Notes under the pieces: generated by a model
Told to the model about the DNA's origin: nothing
The model's database searches: none
Seen by the model: the letters and a program-made list of their open reading frames with translations, nothing else
Sequence record: SRR20825010_4291
Direction: 5' to 3' (one strand)
Length of the DNA stretch: 64,000 nucleotides
Translations under genes and position numbers: made by a program
In this document: positions 46,697 through 56,062 of the stretch, piece after piece
How positions within the stretch are numbered: position 1 is the first letter of the stretch
Layout of the letters: each line of letters starts with the position of its first letter

Positions 46697-46711
46697 AATT
46701 CTCCAAAAGTT
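46697..46711 (+). repeat. Single arm of the REPIN-like repeat
   Basis: AATTCTCCAAAAGTT with no inverted partner found nearby. Confidence 0.45.
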
Positions 46712-46756
46712 ATCTAACGATTTACAGACATAGAAAATCTAAAATTGAAGAAAGAT

Positions 46757-47005
46757 TCAGAACCTCCGCTCCCACTGGCTGGCTTGTTGCTTTTTTCTCA
46801 TTTCGCCAGAATCTATCATTTCTTGAAGGCGAGGCAAGCGTTCAGCATTTCTGGAGGTCATATGCCAATAGCCGCAGTCTCGACATTCATACACATTTTG
46901 CGGCCCTTGGTGCTCGGCAAAGCCTTTATAAATATGCTGATCGATCAGGGCACTTTCGGCCAAATGCTGAGAATCGTATTGAATTTTACCTGAGGAGCAA
47001 CGCAT
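46757..47005 (-). CDS. Small putative zinc-binding protein
   Basis: C..GK..Y near the N-terminus and YECRDCGYWHMT. Confidence 0.65.
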   Translation of the reverse strand: MRCSSGKIQYDSQHLAESALIDQHIYKGFAEHQGPQNVYECRDCGYWHMTSRNAERLPRLQEMIDSGEMRKKQQASQWERRF

Positions 47006-47071
47006 AGCGCAAAGATACTGAACAGGGATTGGTTTGGTGTAAAATTGATTGCTAAATCATCGACACCGTTG

Positions 47072-47309
47072 TCAAACAAACCTTTTAAACATAAAAGCTC
47101 TTCCAGAGCCAGATTTCAAGTACTTTTCAAATTCAAAAGCCTTGTATCTGTCAGGGAAATTTATCGTAAGTACCAACTCAAAAGGCAACCTTGATTTCGT
47201 ATAGTTCACCTCTCCCTTTATTATGCCGTTTTAATCTTTCCTCAAGATTACCAGTACAGCCTACATAAGTGGAGTCATCAGAACATTTGAGGATATAAAC
47301 GGTGTGCAT
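47072..47309 (-). pseudogene. Frameshifted small GIY-YIG nuclease
   Basis: MHTVYILKCSDDSTYVGCTGNLEERLKRHNKG; after removing one base in AAAGGGAGAGG (about 47210-47219) it continues EVNYTKSRLPFELV...AFEFEKYLKSGSGRAFMFKRFV* (78 aa). Confidence 0.8.
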
Positions 47310-47386
47310 AAGTGAATTATTTACCGATCAAGATAAATATTCCAGGGATTAATCACACGTAGAATAGTGAATTTAGAAATTGAATA

Positions 47387-47593
47387 GTCCAATTTCGCTG
47401 AAGCTTCGGTCGACAATGCCCCGGCTTTGCGCTGACGCGCTATGGCGGACGAAGACTCGCCTACGCTAAAGCTTCGATGGGTACTAGTGGAGTTTCTCCA
47501 CCGAAGCCCGCATGTACTGAGGCCTCGAAACAACAGGTGTTGGTTAAAAAAAATAAAGCCCGCCTTCGCTCTAAAGAGCTATGGCGGGCGAAG
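47387..47593. repeat. Cluster of about four related imperfect palindromes (CGCCTWCGCT..AGCTWYGGCG-like)
   Basis: Copies at about 47394-47409, 47421-47454, 47458-47476 and 47558-47593. Confidence 0.65.
47546..47589 (-). terminator. ssrA intrinsic terminator
   Basis: GCCCGCC...GGCGGGC stem followed on the minus strand by TTTATTTTTTTT. Confidence 0.7.
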
Positions 47594-47961
47594 GTGGAGC
47601 CGGAGGGGTTCGAACCCTCGTCCAGATAAGGAACACGAAGCGCCTTCTACATGCTTATTCGCTGATTAATTTTCGAGTCTAGCAAGGTCAGCAACCAACC
47701 TAATCTATACCTTATTCGCAATTGATCTTACCGCTTCTATCACGACACCTAGAAACGGCCAGTTCTGCGTGTGATGCCTCGATTTCCCACCCGGCAGAAC
47801 GGAGGGTGAGAGAGACACATTACTGCTAATTCTTAATTAGGCAGCAAGGGCAAATTGTCTTTCGCCAATTATAAATGTGAAAGTTTTATTTAAGGGAAAT
47901 ACTCACAACTCCCTGCATGCTTACACTTGAATTACACCTACTGTCAATTCCAGTCGGCCCC
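47593..47961 (-). ncRNA. ssrA: tmRNA
   Basis: 5' GGGGCCGACTGGAATTGAC; 3' T-arm GAGGGTTCGAACCCCTC and CGGCTCCACC (G3-U70 Ala identity pair); tag ORF at 47866-47837 encodes GERQFALAA*. Confidence 0.96.
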
Positions 47962-48142
47962 ATATAATTTAAAAGGCCATTTACCTTTCTATTGAGTCTG
48001 CGAAAGTACGGTCTTTTCTACAGCTTCTAAACATGTTCAACAAAAGAATGTTGCTAGAAAGTTTCAAAACCTCAATTTCTCTATTCTTTAAAACCCTATG
48101 CCGCCTAAAAGGTTATTTAAGAACAAATTTAAAAAATGAATT

Positions 48143-48454
48143 ATGAAAACTAACGATAGAACACTTTCGCAGGTATTGGCAGAATTGAACGAAAAAGGCT
48201 TTAAGGAGCAGTTTACAGCCAAAGAAAAGAGTATTGTGGCAACGGCCAGCAAGAAAGAATATACACCTTACCAACTTAAAATCATAAAAACGTATCGCTT
48301 TGATGGGATGACCAATCCAGGTGATGAGGAAGAGATTTTTGTGATCGAAGCCAACGATGGCACCCGAGGTACATTAATTATGGCTGGAGGGCCTGATCAG
48401 TCGCAGAATGTGGAATTGGTAAAGGAAATTCCTGAGGCTGCTCCATTGGACTAA
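48143..48454 (+). CDS. Conserved small hypothetical protein (Bacteroidota)
   Basis: TLSQVL..L..KGF, YRFDGMTNPGDE, IEA.DG.RGTL. Confidence 0.75.
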   Translation: MKTNDRTLSQVLAELNEKGFKEQFTAKEKSIVATASKKEYTPYQLKIIKTYRFDGMTNPGDEEEIFVIEANDGTRGTLIMAGGPDQSQNVELVKEIPEAAPLD

Positions 48455-48935
48455 GCGCATCACCCAAAGAAATCAGACCACTCGTTAAGATTCTGGCGGT
48501 TATTCCTCCGTGCCCACGCATGGCGTTATAGCCGCCATTCCCTAAATTTTCTTCCATTCTGGAACAAGGATGACAATCGCCAGTATGCTCAAGCAACGCA
48601 TTTCCAACTCGAAATTTCTTCCCTTTTAAGGATTGAAGGTTAATTCCCTCCACAACAATATTCCTTCTCAATAACAGAGGATCAATTTCAGCTTGGCCAA
48701 CCATGGAAGCCACAGCCCTGATATGCTCTCCTTGAATCAGCGTCACTTGCCGCTTCCCTCCTTTTGATGCATAATGATCACCTTCTAAACCTATTTCTTC
48801 AATGGCTTTAACTTCTTGCACAGTTTGCGGCAGTTCACCTCTTTTTGGACGGATAGAAATAAAGACCACTTTACCAGCCTGAGCGAACTGAGTAGTTAAA
48901 TAAGGAATGGTTTTTTGTTCGGGAGAAAGCTTCAT
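48378..48935 (-). CDS. MOSC domain protein
   Basis: GLEGDH, RQVTLI, LRRNIVV.G, CHPCSRM, RGHGGI.A. Confidence 0.88.
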   Translation of the reverse strand: MKLSPEQKTIPYLTTQFAQAGKVVFISIRPKRGELPQTVQEVKAIEEIGLEGDHYASKGGKRQVTLIQGEHIRAVASMVGQAEIDPLLLRRNIVVEGINLQSLKGKKFRVGNALLEHTGDCHPCSRMEENLGNGGYNAMRGHGGITARILTSGLISLGDALSPMEQPQEFPLPIPHSATDQALQP

Positions 48936-49790
48936 CTATTTTTTTGGAACAAGATTTTGAACTTGTGCTTCTTCCGGAACCCTGTAAGGTTGAAAAGGAA
49001 TTTTGAGCAGATTCACCATATTGTCATTTTCTTTTGGGTTCATGTGGGTATCAATGCCATAAATCAACTCTTTTGTATCTTCCACTTGGGCGAAAGTGCC
49101 GAAAATGCGATCCCAAATAGAAAAGATATTTCCGAAGTTGGTGTCGGTTAGTGGTTGCATATAATGGTGATGCACCTTATGCATTAAAGGAGTTACAAAC
49201 AACCAAGAAAGTGTCCTATCTACTGATTTGGGCATACGGATGTTTGCATGCGTGATATGTGCAAAAAGTACTGAAAGACTTTGGTATACCATAATGAGCC
49301 ACATAGGCGCACCCACAATAATTACCGCCAAAATGGTAAATACAATTCTGAAAATGGTTTCACCTGGATGATGGCGCAAACCCGTAGTCACATCCACTGT
49401 GGTATCGCTATGGTGTACCAAATGAAATTTCCACATCCATTTCACCTTGTGTTCGGTATAATGAACCAAGTAAGCGCCAATAAAATCGAGTAGTAAAACT
49501 CCAACAATCAACTGCCCCCAAAGTGGTAATTCTATGACATACAGCAGTCCAAACTGATTGTTGGCGACCAGATCTGAGGCGGCCAAAAGCACACCCGCTA
49601 AGCCAAAGCCAATAATGGCGGTAGTTAAGGTGAAAAAGAGGTTAAGTCCTGCGTGTCTCACTTTTTTATACTGGAAAGCAAAGAGCGGAAGTGTGCCTTC
49701 AACAATCCAAAAAATGACCACTCCACCAATTAAAATGCCCGCCCGAAACTCTGTGGGGATATTATCAAAGAAATTTACCAGACTTTCCAT
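48936..49790 (-). CDS. Sterol desaturase / fatty acid hydroxylase family protein
   Basis: His boxes HYTEH, HLVHHS, RHHP, HAN, HKVHH; NFGNIFSIWDRIFGT. Confidence 0.9.
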   Translation of the reverse strand: MESLVNFFDNIPTEFRAGILIGGVVIFWIVEGTLPLFAFQYKKVRHAGLNLFFTLTTAIIGFGLAGVLLAASDLVANNQFGLLYVIELPLWGQLIVGVLLLDFIGAYLVHYTEHKVKWMWKFHLVHHSDTTVDVTTGLRHHPGETIFRIVFTILAVIIVGAPMWLIMVYQSLSVLFAHITHANIRMPKSVDRTLSWLFVTPLMHKVHHHYMQPLTDTNFGNIFSIWDRIFGTFAQVEDTKELIYGIDTHMNPKENDNMVNLLKIPFQPYRVPEEAQVQNLVPKK

Positions 49791-49881
49791 CTTACAATTT
49801 ATTCTGCTTGCCTAACATATGCAATGTTCGAGCTTAATTAGAAAGCATAATTCTTTAACTTTCATGCTTTAACCTATTACT

Positions 49882-51306
49882 ATGAACTTTAGAAACCTCC
49901 TTGCCTCCACACTTTTCCTCCTTGCCTTTCAAGTTTCCTTTGCCCAAGAATTCTCAAGGGCAGTTCGCCCTTACGTGGCTGTGCAGGAAGACATTGTTGC
50001 CCTCACGCATGCTAAAATGATTGATGGCACTGGCGCAGACATCAAAACGAATCAAACCTTAGTTTTCAAAAACGGCATTATTACCACCATGGGAAATACA
50101 GGTGAAGTAACTATTCCAGCTGGCGCGAAAGTGATTGACTGCACAGGCAAAACTATAGTGCCCGGAATGGTGATGCTCCACGAACACATTTTCTACCCAA
50201 AACCTTTTGATGGTATTTTTAGCGTTTCACAAATGACATTTACTTTCCCGCGCCTGTATTTGGCTGGAGGTGTAACCACCATTCGGACTGCTGGAAGTAT
50301 TGAACCGCAAACTGATTTAAACATTAGGAAATGGATTGAACAAGGCAGAATGTTGGGGCCAAAAATGGACTTAACAAGTCCGTTTATTGAACGAGAAGGC
50401 ACTTCTGTTCCTGAAGTAGGAGTAATCAATAGTTCAGACGAAGCTGCTGAAATGGTTAATTTCTGGGCAGACCGAGGTATCAATTCCTTTAAGGTTTACC
50501 AAAACATTACGAAAGAAGACCTAAAAAGCGTAGTGAACGCTGCACACGCCAAAGGCAAAAAAGTAACAGGCCATATCTGCTCTGTCACCTACCGTGAAGC
50601 AGCCGAAATTGGCATTGACAACCTTGAACATGGTTTCTTCCAAAGCTCTGACTTTGTGGGCGACAAGGTGGATGACTTCTGCCCTGCTTTCAAGCGTGGC
50701 CAAGCATTACGCGCCTTACCAGTAGACGCTCCAGAAATGAAAGAGCTAATGGAGTTCTTGATCGAAAAAGATGTAGCGGTAACTTCTACACTAACAGTTT
50801 TTGAACCCTATACCGATAGAGAAGTAGTTTTGGGTGGTGGTTTAGAAGCGATGAGTCCTGAAATTCGTGAAAGTCTAGAAACCAGCCATAAGCGTCAGCA
50901 AGGGCGAGATGAAACTGCTATGCTTGACTTTAAAAAGCAAATGGCTTGGGAGAAGATGTTTTACGAAATGGGAGGTAAACTTTTAGCAGGGACCGATCCT
51001 ACTGGAGCAGGCAGAACCATAGCAGGTTACGCCAATCAGCGTATGATCGAGCTTTTTATTGAGGCTGGCTTTTCGTTAACAGAAGCTATAAAAATATCGA
51101 CTTTGGATGGCGCTAAATTCTTAGAGCGTGCTGATAAAGTAGGTTCACTAGAAGTAGGAAAACAAGCAGATATCCTTATCATCAATGGTGACTTAGAAGC
51201 AGATGTAAGCAATATCCGAAAAATGGAAATTGTCTTTAAAGGTGGCATAGGCTTTAACTCTCCAGCCATTTTCAAATCAATGAACGGTAAAGTAGGCATG
51301 TATTAG
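49882..51306 (+). CDS. Secreted amidohydrolase family protein
   Basis: Signal peptide; PGMVMLHEH, GVTTIR, GH, EHG, AGTD, GKQAD. Confidence 0.88.
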   Translation: MNFRNLLASTLFLLAFQVSFAQEFSRAVRPYVAVQEDIVALTHAKMIDGTGADIKTNQTLVFKNGIITTMGNTGEVTIPAGAKVIDCTGKTIVPGMVMLHEHIFYPKPFDGIFSVSQMTFTFPRLYLAGGVTTIRTAGSIEPQTDLNIRKWIEQGRMLGPKMDLTSPFIEREGTSVPEVGVINSSDEAAEMVNFWADRGINSFKVYQNITKEDLKSVVNAAHAKGKKVTGHICSVTYREAAEIGIDNLEHGFFQSSDFVGDKVDDFCPAFKRGQALRALPVDAPEMKELMEFLIEKDVAVTSTLTVFEPYTDREVVLGGGLEAMSPEIRESLETSHKRQQGRDETAMLDFKKQMAWEKMFYEMGGKLLAGTDPTGAGRTIAGYANQRMIELFIEAGFSLTEAIKISTLDGAKFLERADKVGSLEVGKQADILIINGDLEADVSNIRKMEIVFKGGIGFNSPAIFKSMNGKVGMY

Positions 51307-51330
51307 ATTTCAATTTTTACAAAGACAACG

Positions 51331-51783
51331 ATGAAAAACATTTTTAAGCAAGAAGTAACTCAAGAGGTCATTGATAGAATCAACAAACTCACACCAGAGA
51401 CTAAACCGCTTTGGGGTAAAATGAATGTAGGCCAAATGCTAGCGCATTGTAGTGTCACTTACGAAATGATTTATGACGGCACCCATCAACCCCCAAAAGG
51501 CATGATGAAATTGATGCTGAGGTTTTTCGTGAAAGGAATGGTGACAAGCGAGAAGCCATATAAAAAGAACCTAAGGACAGCACCTCAGTTCTTAATGACT
51601 ACTGAAAAAGACTTCGAAGCGGAGAAAAAAAGGCTGATTGACTACCTCGCAAAAACACAAGAGCTTGGCGAATCGCATTTCGACAATAAGGAATCACTTT
51701 CTTTTGGCCGCCTAAGCATCAATGAATGGAACAATATGTTTTATAAACATTTGGATCACCATTTAAACCAATTTGGCGTCTGA
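51331..51783 (+). CDS. DUF1569 (DinB-like) protein
   Basis: WGKMNVGQMLAHC, FG.L...EW...YKHLDHHL.QFGV. Confidence 0.88.
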   Translation: MKNIFKQEVTQEVIDRINKLTPETKPLWGKMNVGQMLAHCSVTYEMIYDGTHQPPKGMMKLMLRFFVKGMVTSEKPYKKNLRTAPQFLMTTEKDFEAEKKRLIDYLAKTQELGESHFDNKESLSFGRLSINEWNNMFYKHLDHHLNQFGV

Positions 51784-51846
51784 TCTCTCCCCAAACATTA
51801 TCTTTCACATAGCCCGTCTTCAAATTCGGGTCAATCATAAATTTTA

Positions 51847-53061
51847 ATGCATAGGAAAAGGTACATTTTCGGAATACTGTTGGCCATTGCTGTTATTGCC
51901 GTAAACCAAAGTTTCATTCAATACTGGTTACATAAAAAGAACCAAGATGCTCGAGTCCTCAACCTTTCTGGTCGTCAACGGATGCTGAGCCAAAAAATCA
52001 ATATCGAATTTCATCAATTTAAAGAAGGACAAAGCACCCTTGATTATGTGAAAAAACATAATAGAGAGTGGAATCAAGTTCATTTTGCATTGTTAAATGG
52101 TGATGACGCGGTCGGAATAGATGCGGTAGACGATGAGATGGCCAGAAACCTTTTAGCCGAGCTCAATGAGAATGTAGAGTACATTTCAAACCTACTTGAA
52201 AAAGCTTCTTACCCCAACGATATAGACATTAATGCCATCGATAAAAACCAAGAATTATTCCTCAATAGAATGGATTTGGTAGTAAAGAACCTAGAGCTAT
52301 CTTCTGATAAAAAACTTAGGTTTATTGTACTTGTGGAAATCATTCTGGCAGTTTTGTCCATCATTATTCTTTCCCTCGAAGTCATCTACATTTATCTCCC
52401 TATTGAAAAGCACTTATCCAAAACAGTAGAGCGTCTCTCCTCTTCGGAAAATAAACTGAGGGCGATTATGAACAGTACAAACGACAGCCACATCCTTATT
52501 GGCACCGACTTCCAGATTCTCTCATTTAACAAAAAAGCCCAAGAGAATAGCGAATTACTCCTCCATAAAAAGTTAAAAGAAGGTAATAAAATTTGGGAAT
52601 ATCTGATTGACATAGAAAAGGAGGTATTTAAAAAAAATGCAGATATAGCTCTTTCAGGCCAAAGCGCATTTCATCAAATAGAAACGAATTTTAACAAAAG
52701 CACTCAGTGGTTTGAAATCAGTTATTTACCTGCCTACGGAAAAAACGATGAGCTTATTGGCGTTACATTTAGTTCTACCAATATTGATAGACGCAAAGAA
52801 ACAGAGCAGGAAATCAAAACACAAAATGAACGTTTAGCCGAACAGAACAGAAAGCTAAAACAGATTGCATGGGAGCAATCGCACGAAACTAGGCGGCCAT
52901 TGGCCAATATTTTAATTTTTCTCGATTTATTAAAGTCCGACAAAGAAGCTGACCAAGAAAGAAAGGAGGAGTACCTAGCATATCTCTCACAATCGGTACA
53001 TCAATTAGATGAAATTGTAGAAAGAATCACCAGTAACACAGTCGACAAGAAGGGAAATTAG
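51847..53061 (+). CDS. NarX/PilJ-type periplasmic sensor + PAS + HisKA (DHp) protein lacking an ATPase domain
   Basis: P-box-like LNLSGRQRMLSQK, two TMs, PAS/PAC, H-box QSHETRRPLANIL, then the stop codon. Confidence 0.75.
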   Translation: MHRKRYIFGILLAIAVIAVNQSFIQYWLHKKNQDARVLNLSGRQRMLSQKINIEFHQFKEGQSTLDYVKKHNREWNQVHFALLNGDDAVGIDAVDDEMARNLLAELNENVEYISNLLEKASYPNDIDINAIDKNQELFLNRMDLVVKNLELSSDKKLRFIVLVEIILAVLSIIILSLEVIYIYLPIEKHLSKTVERLSSSENKLRAIMNSTNDSHILIGTDFQILSFNKKAQENSELLLHKKLKEGNKIWEYLIDIEKEVFKKNADIALSGQSAFHQIETNFNKSTQWFEISYLPAYGKNDELIGVTFSSTNIDRRKETEQEIKTQNERLAEQNRKLKQIAWEQSHETRRPLANILIFLDLLKSDKEADQERKEEYLAYLSQSVHQLDEIVERITSNTVDKKGN

Positions 53062-53175
53062 CTACCCTCTGTTTTTATCAGTAATCATATTCTATTAATT
53101 TACTATATCGAATATGTATTTCCTCTTGGTTTTACTTCAACACTCTTTTCACTAGATTCAACCAAATTTGACACT

Positions 53176-54771
53176 ATGAAGAAGCACCTTTTTTTATTCG
53201 CCTTTATACTTTCCACCAATCTTCTTATCGCCCAAAAACACCAAGAAAGGTTCAATGCAATTGATGTTCAGCATTACAGGTTTGAAATTCAATTGACGGA
53301 TGAATCTGACAAAATCAACGGAATTGCTTTGGTGACTGTGAAATTCAAAAAAGATGTTCAGCAGTTCAATTTAGACCTCGTTAAGGCTAAAGCCAATAGC
53401 AAGGGGATGACCATGATTGCTTTAATGGCCGGTGACAAAAAAATATCCTTTGAGCATTCTGAGAATAAATTAAACATCAATTATGCAGGTAAGGCTGGGC
53501 AAAGCCAAACTTTTACAATTGCCTATGAAGGAATCCCAGAAACTGGCCTTATCATTTCCAAAAACAAATATGGCGACCGCACTTTCTTCGGAGATAATTA
53601 CCCCGACCGTGGTCAGCATTGGTTGCCCATTGTGGATCACCCTTCTGACAAAGCCACTGTGGAATGGGTTGTTACCGCCCCAAGTCATTATCAGGTAGTG
53701 GGCAATGGCCTTTTGATAGAGCGCACCAACATTAATGATAAAACGATGCTCACACACTGGAAAACAGAGGTCGAACTTCCGACCAAAGTAATGGTGATTG
53801 GTGTGGCACGTTTTGCGATTCAGAACGTAGCCAATGTTTATGGCGCTACCGTATCTAGTTGGATTTATCCTCAAGACAGAGAAAAAGGCTTTTACGATTA
53901 TGCTCCAGCAGCCCCAATTTTAGATTGGTTTATTAACCATATAGGCGATTACCCTTTTGCCAAATTGGCCAATGTTCAGTCTAAAACTCAGTTTGGAGGC
54001 ATGGAGAATGCGGGTAATATTTTCTATTCTGAAAACTCGGTTACGGGCACTCGTAATGTAGAAGGCTTGCTTGCACATGAAATTGCACACCAGTGGTTTG
54101 GCAATTCGGCCTCCGAAGGCAACTGGCACCACGCTTGGCTAAGCGAAGGCTTTGCCACCTATTTCACCATTCTCTACATGGAACAAAAATATGGTAGAGC
54201 CAAAGCTTGGGAAACCGTTTCAGGAAACAGAAATCAGGTAATTGCCTTCAGCAAAAAGAACCGTGTACCCATTGTAGACACTTCTGTAGAAAACTACATG
54301 GAGATTCTTAATGCCAATACTTACCAAAAAGGTGGTTGGGTGTTGCATATGCTTAGAAAAGAAGTAGGAGACGAAGTATTCTGGGAAGCAACTCGCAAAT
54401 ACTACAACAAATACAAGCTCTCCAATGCCCTATCAGATGACTTGAAAGAGGTGTTTGAATCTATTTCTGGAAAAAATCTCGATGCTTTCTTCAACCAATG
54501 GGTGTATCAGGCTGGCCAACCAGAAATAGAAGCCACATGGAGTTACTCTAAAGGCCAATTGAATATGGAACTCAACCAAACCCAGAAAGAGAACTTTACT
54601 TTCGATTTAGAAATTGAATTGGTTTATGCAGACGGAAAAACGGAACGAAAGACCATTCTCGTCAACTCAAAAAATCAAAAGTGGATGCCCAAGCTAAACA
54701 ACAAGCCTGTTAAGATAATTCTTGACCCTGACACTTGGTTATTATTTGAATCGACACTCATAGAAAAATAG
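53176..54771 (+). CDS. M1 family aminopeptidase
   Basis: GGMEN, HEIAHQWFG..WLSEGFATY, YQKG..VLHMLR. Confidence 0.93.
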   Translation: MKKHLFLFAFILSTNLLIAQKHQERFNAIDVQHYRFEIQLTDESDKINGIALVTVKFKKDVQQFNLDLVKAKANSKGMTMIALMAGDKKISFEHSENKLNINYAGKAGQSQTFTIAYEGIPETGLIISKNKYGDRTFFGDNYPDRGQHWLPIVDHPSDKATVEWVVTAPSHYQVVGNGLLIERTNINDKTMLTHWKTEVELPTKVMVIGVARFAIQNVANVYGATVSSWIYPQDREKGFYDYAPAAPILDWFINHIGDYPFAKLANVQSKTQFGGMENAGNIFYSENSVTGTRNVEGLLAHEIAHQWFGNSASEGNWHHAWLSEGFATYFTILYMEQKYGRAKAWETVSGNRNQVIAFSKKNRVPIVDTSVENYMEILNANTYQKGGWVLHMLRKEVGDEVFWEATRKYYNKYKLSNALSDDLKEVFESISGKNLDAFFNQWVYQAGQPEIEATWSYSKGQLNMELNQTQKENFTFDLEIELVYADGKTERKTILVNSKNQKWMPKLNNKPVKIILDPDTWLLFESTLIEK

Positions 54772-54836
54772 GACTTCATGAGCTGTAAAAGCGCTATTCA
54801 GTAAAACCCTTATCTTTGCAGCTTATTCAATAAAAA

Positions 54837-55046
54837 ATGGAAACGAAAGACAGCAACGGCAACATTCTTGAAGACGGTGATTCAGTTCACGTAACCAAAG
54901 ATTTAAAAGTAAAGGGGATGAACACTACCTTGAAGAGAGGTAATTTAATCAAAGGCATTCGACTAACAGGCAGTCCTGATGAAGTGGAATGCCGAGTGGG
55001 CAAGAGCCAAATTGTTTTAAAAACAATGTTTTTGAAGAAGGCTTAA
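54837..55046 (+). CDS. PhnA/YjdM C-terminal domain protein
   Basis: KDSNGNILEDGDSV...KDLKVKG, IRL, LKT.FLKK. Confidence 0.85.
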   Translation: METKDSNGNILEDGDSVHVTKDLKVKGMNTTLKRGNLIKGIRLTGSPDEVECRVGKSQIVLKTMFLKKA

Positions 55047-55055
55047 CTCTAATTT

Positions 55056-55508
55056 TTAGAATACATCAAGGAGATTGATTTGCTTTCCACCGAAATCAAA
55101 TGAATCTCCTTTCTTTTTACCCAACATGGCCCTGCCTATTGGTGAAGCTGGAGAAATAGCAAAATAGACTTCCCCTTCCTCCTTAATTTGCCCCAAAGAA
55201 ACAGAAAGAAAATATTTGGCATTTGCTGTAATGGCCAAAGCGCCAAGTTCTATTTGTTCATTCTTCTTTTCAATATTGATTTGAGCCAAAGCCATTTTCA
55301 TTTTAGACACTTCCGAAAGCTGGGTGGATAGTTTTTCCTTCTCCAAGTGCATCATCGCACGGCCCGTTTCATACTTATCGCCAGCACTACTTTTTGTTTC
55401 TTCATTGGCAGAAGCCTGTGCATTCCGCATGGCTTCTTCGATATGAGTCACTCGCTCGTCAACGAGTTTCAAACATGATTCATAAAGTTTGGTTTTGGAT
55501 TCCAACAT
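55056..55508 (-). CDS. GreA/GreB-like protein
   Basis: ETKSSAGDKYETGRAM coiled coil; ISP.SPIGRAMLGKK.GD. Confidence 0.8.
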   Translation of the reverse strand: MLESKTKLYESCLKLVDERVTHIEEAMRNAQASANEETKSSAGDKYETGRAMMHLEKEKLSTQLSEVSKMKMALAQINIEKKNEQIELGALAITANAKYFLSVSLGQIKEEGEVYFAISPASPIGRAMLGKKKGDSFDFGGKQINLLDVF

Positions 55509-55642
55509 TTACGCAAGGTGGTTCAAGAAAATTTCGGTTACAAATCAGAGCGGTTAAATTCTTTATTCAAAAATCTCTATTCTGTTTGTCATGAGAAAAT
55601 TTGAAAAGTATTCTTAACTTTCTATATAAAACCCAGATTCAC

Positions 55643-56062
55643 ATGCTTTTTGAACTAATCTATCATAGCAAAGCTGTGCTCAATATTGAGGACTATGAGA
55701 TTGAAAGTATCCTCAAAACCTCTCGTGAGTTTAATGCAAAGCATCATATCACAGGTTGTTTACTTTTTCATAATAATCAATTTTTACAAATTCTTGAGGG
55801 AGATTTTGACAAAGTGAATGCATTATACAAAAGCATTCGTGCAGACCAGAGGCATCACAGCGTCATTACTCTCCACATGCAGGAAATCAAAACGTTGTCC
55901 TACCGAAATTGGAGTATGGCTTATCAGAAATTCACCAACGACTCAATAAACAGCACATTGGGGATTAATGAGTTTCATGACATACTTGAAAAAAACGACT
56001 TTAGTAGCACCTCGAAAGACATCTTTACTTTTATGAGCAAGGTTATTTTAGAGTCGAATTAA
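55643..56062 (+). CDS. BLUF (blue-light, FAD) domain protein
   Basis: LIYHS, SREFN...ITGCL, FLQILEG, D.RH, WSM; ATG 55643. Confidence 0.9.
   Translation: MLFELIYHSKAVLNIEDYEIESILKTSREFNAKHHITGCLLFHNNQFLQILEGDFDKVNALYKSIRADQRHHSVITLHMQEIKTLSYRNWSMAYQKFTNDSINSTLGINEFHDILEKNDFSSTSKDIFTFMSKVILESN

Noticed and set aside
47486-47500. GTGGAG as a duplicated tmRNA 3' end (att site of an integrated element)
   Set aside because: Only 6 bp match, it is part of a local hairpin (GTGGAG-TTT-CTCCAC), and there is no integrase nearby.
15045-47593. Repeats as a CRISPR array
   Set aside because: They are dispersed inverted doublets or irregular degenerate palindromes, not regularly spaced direct repeats, and no cas genes are in the window.
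47321-47669. ORFs 47321-47533 (-) and 47442-47669 (+)
   Set aside because: They run through palindromic repeats and the tmRNA 3' end and show no protein motifs.
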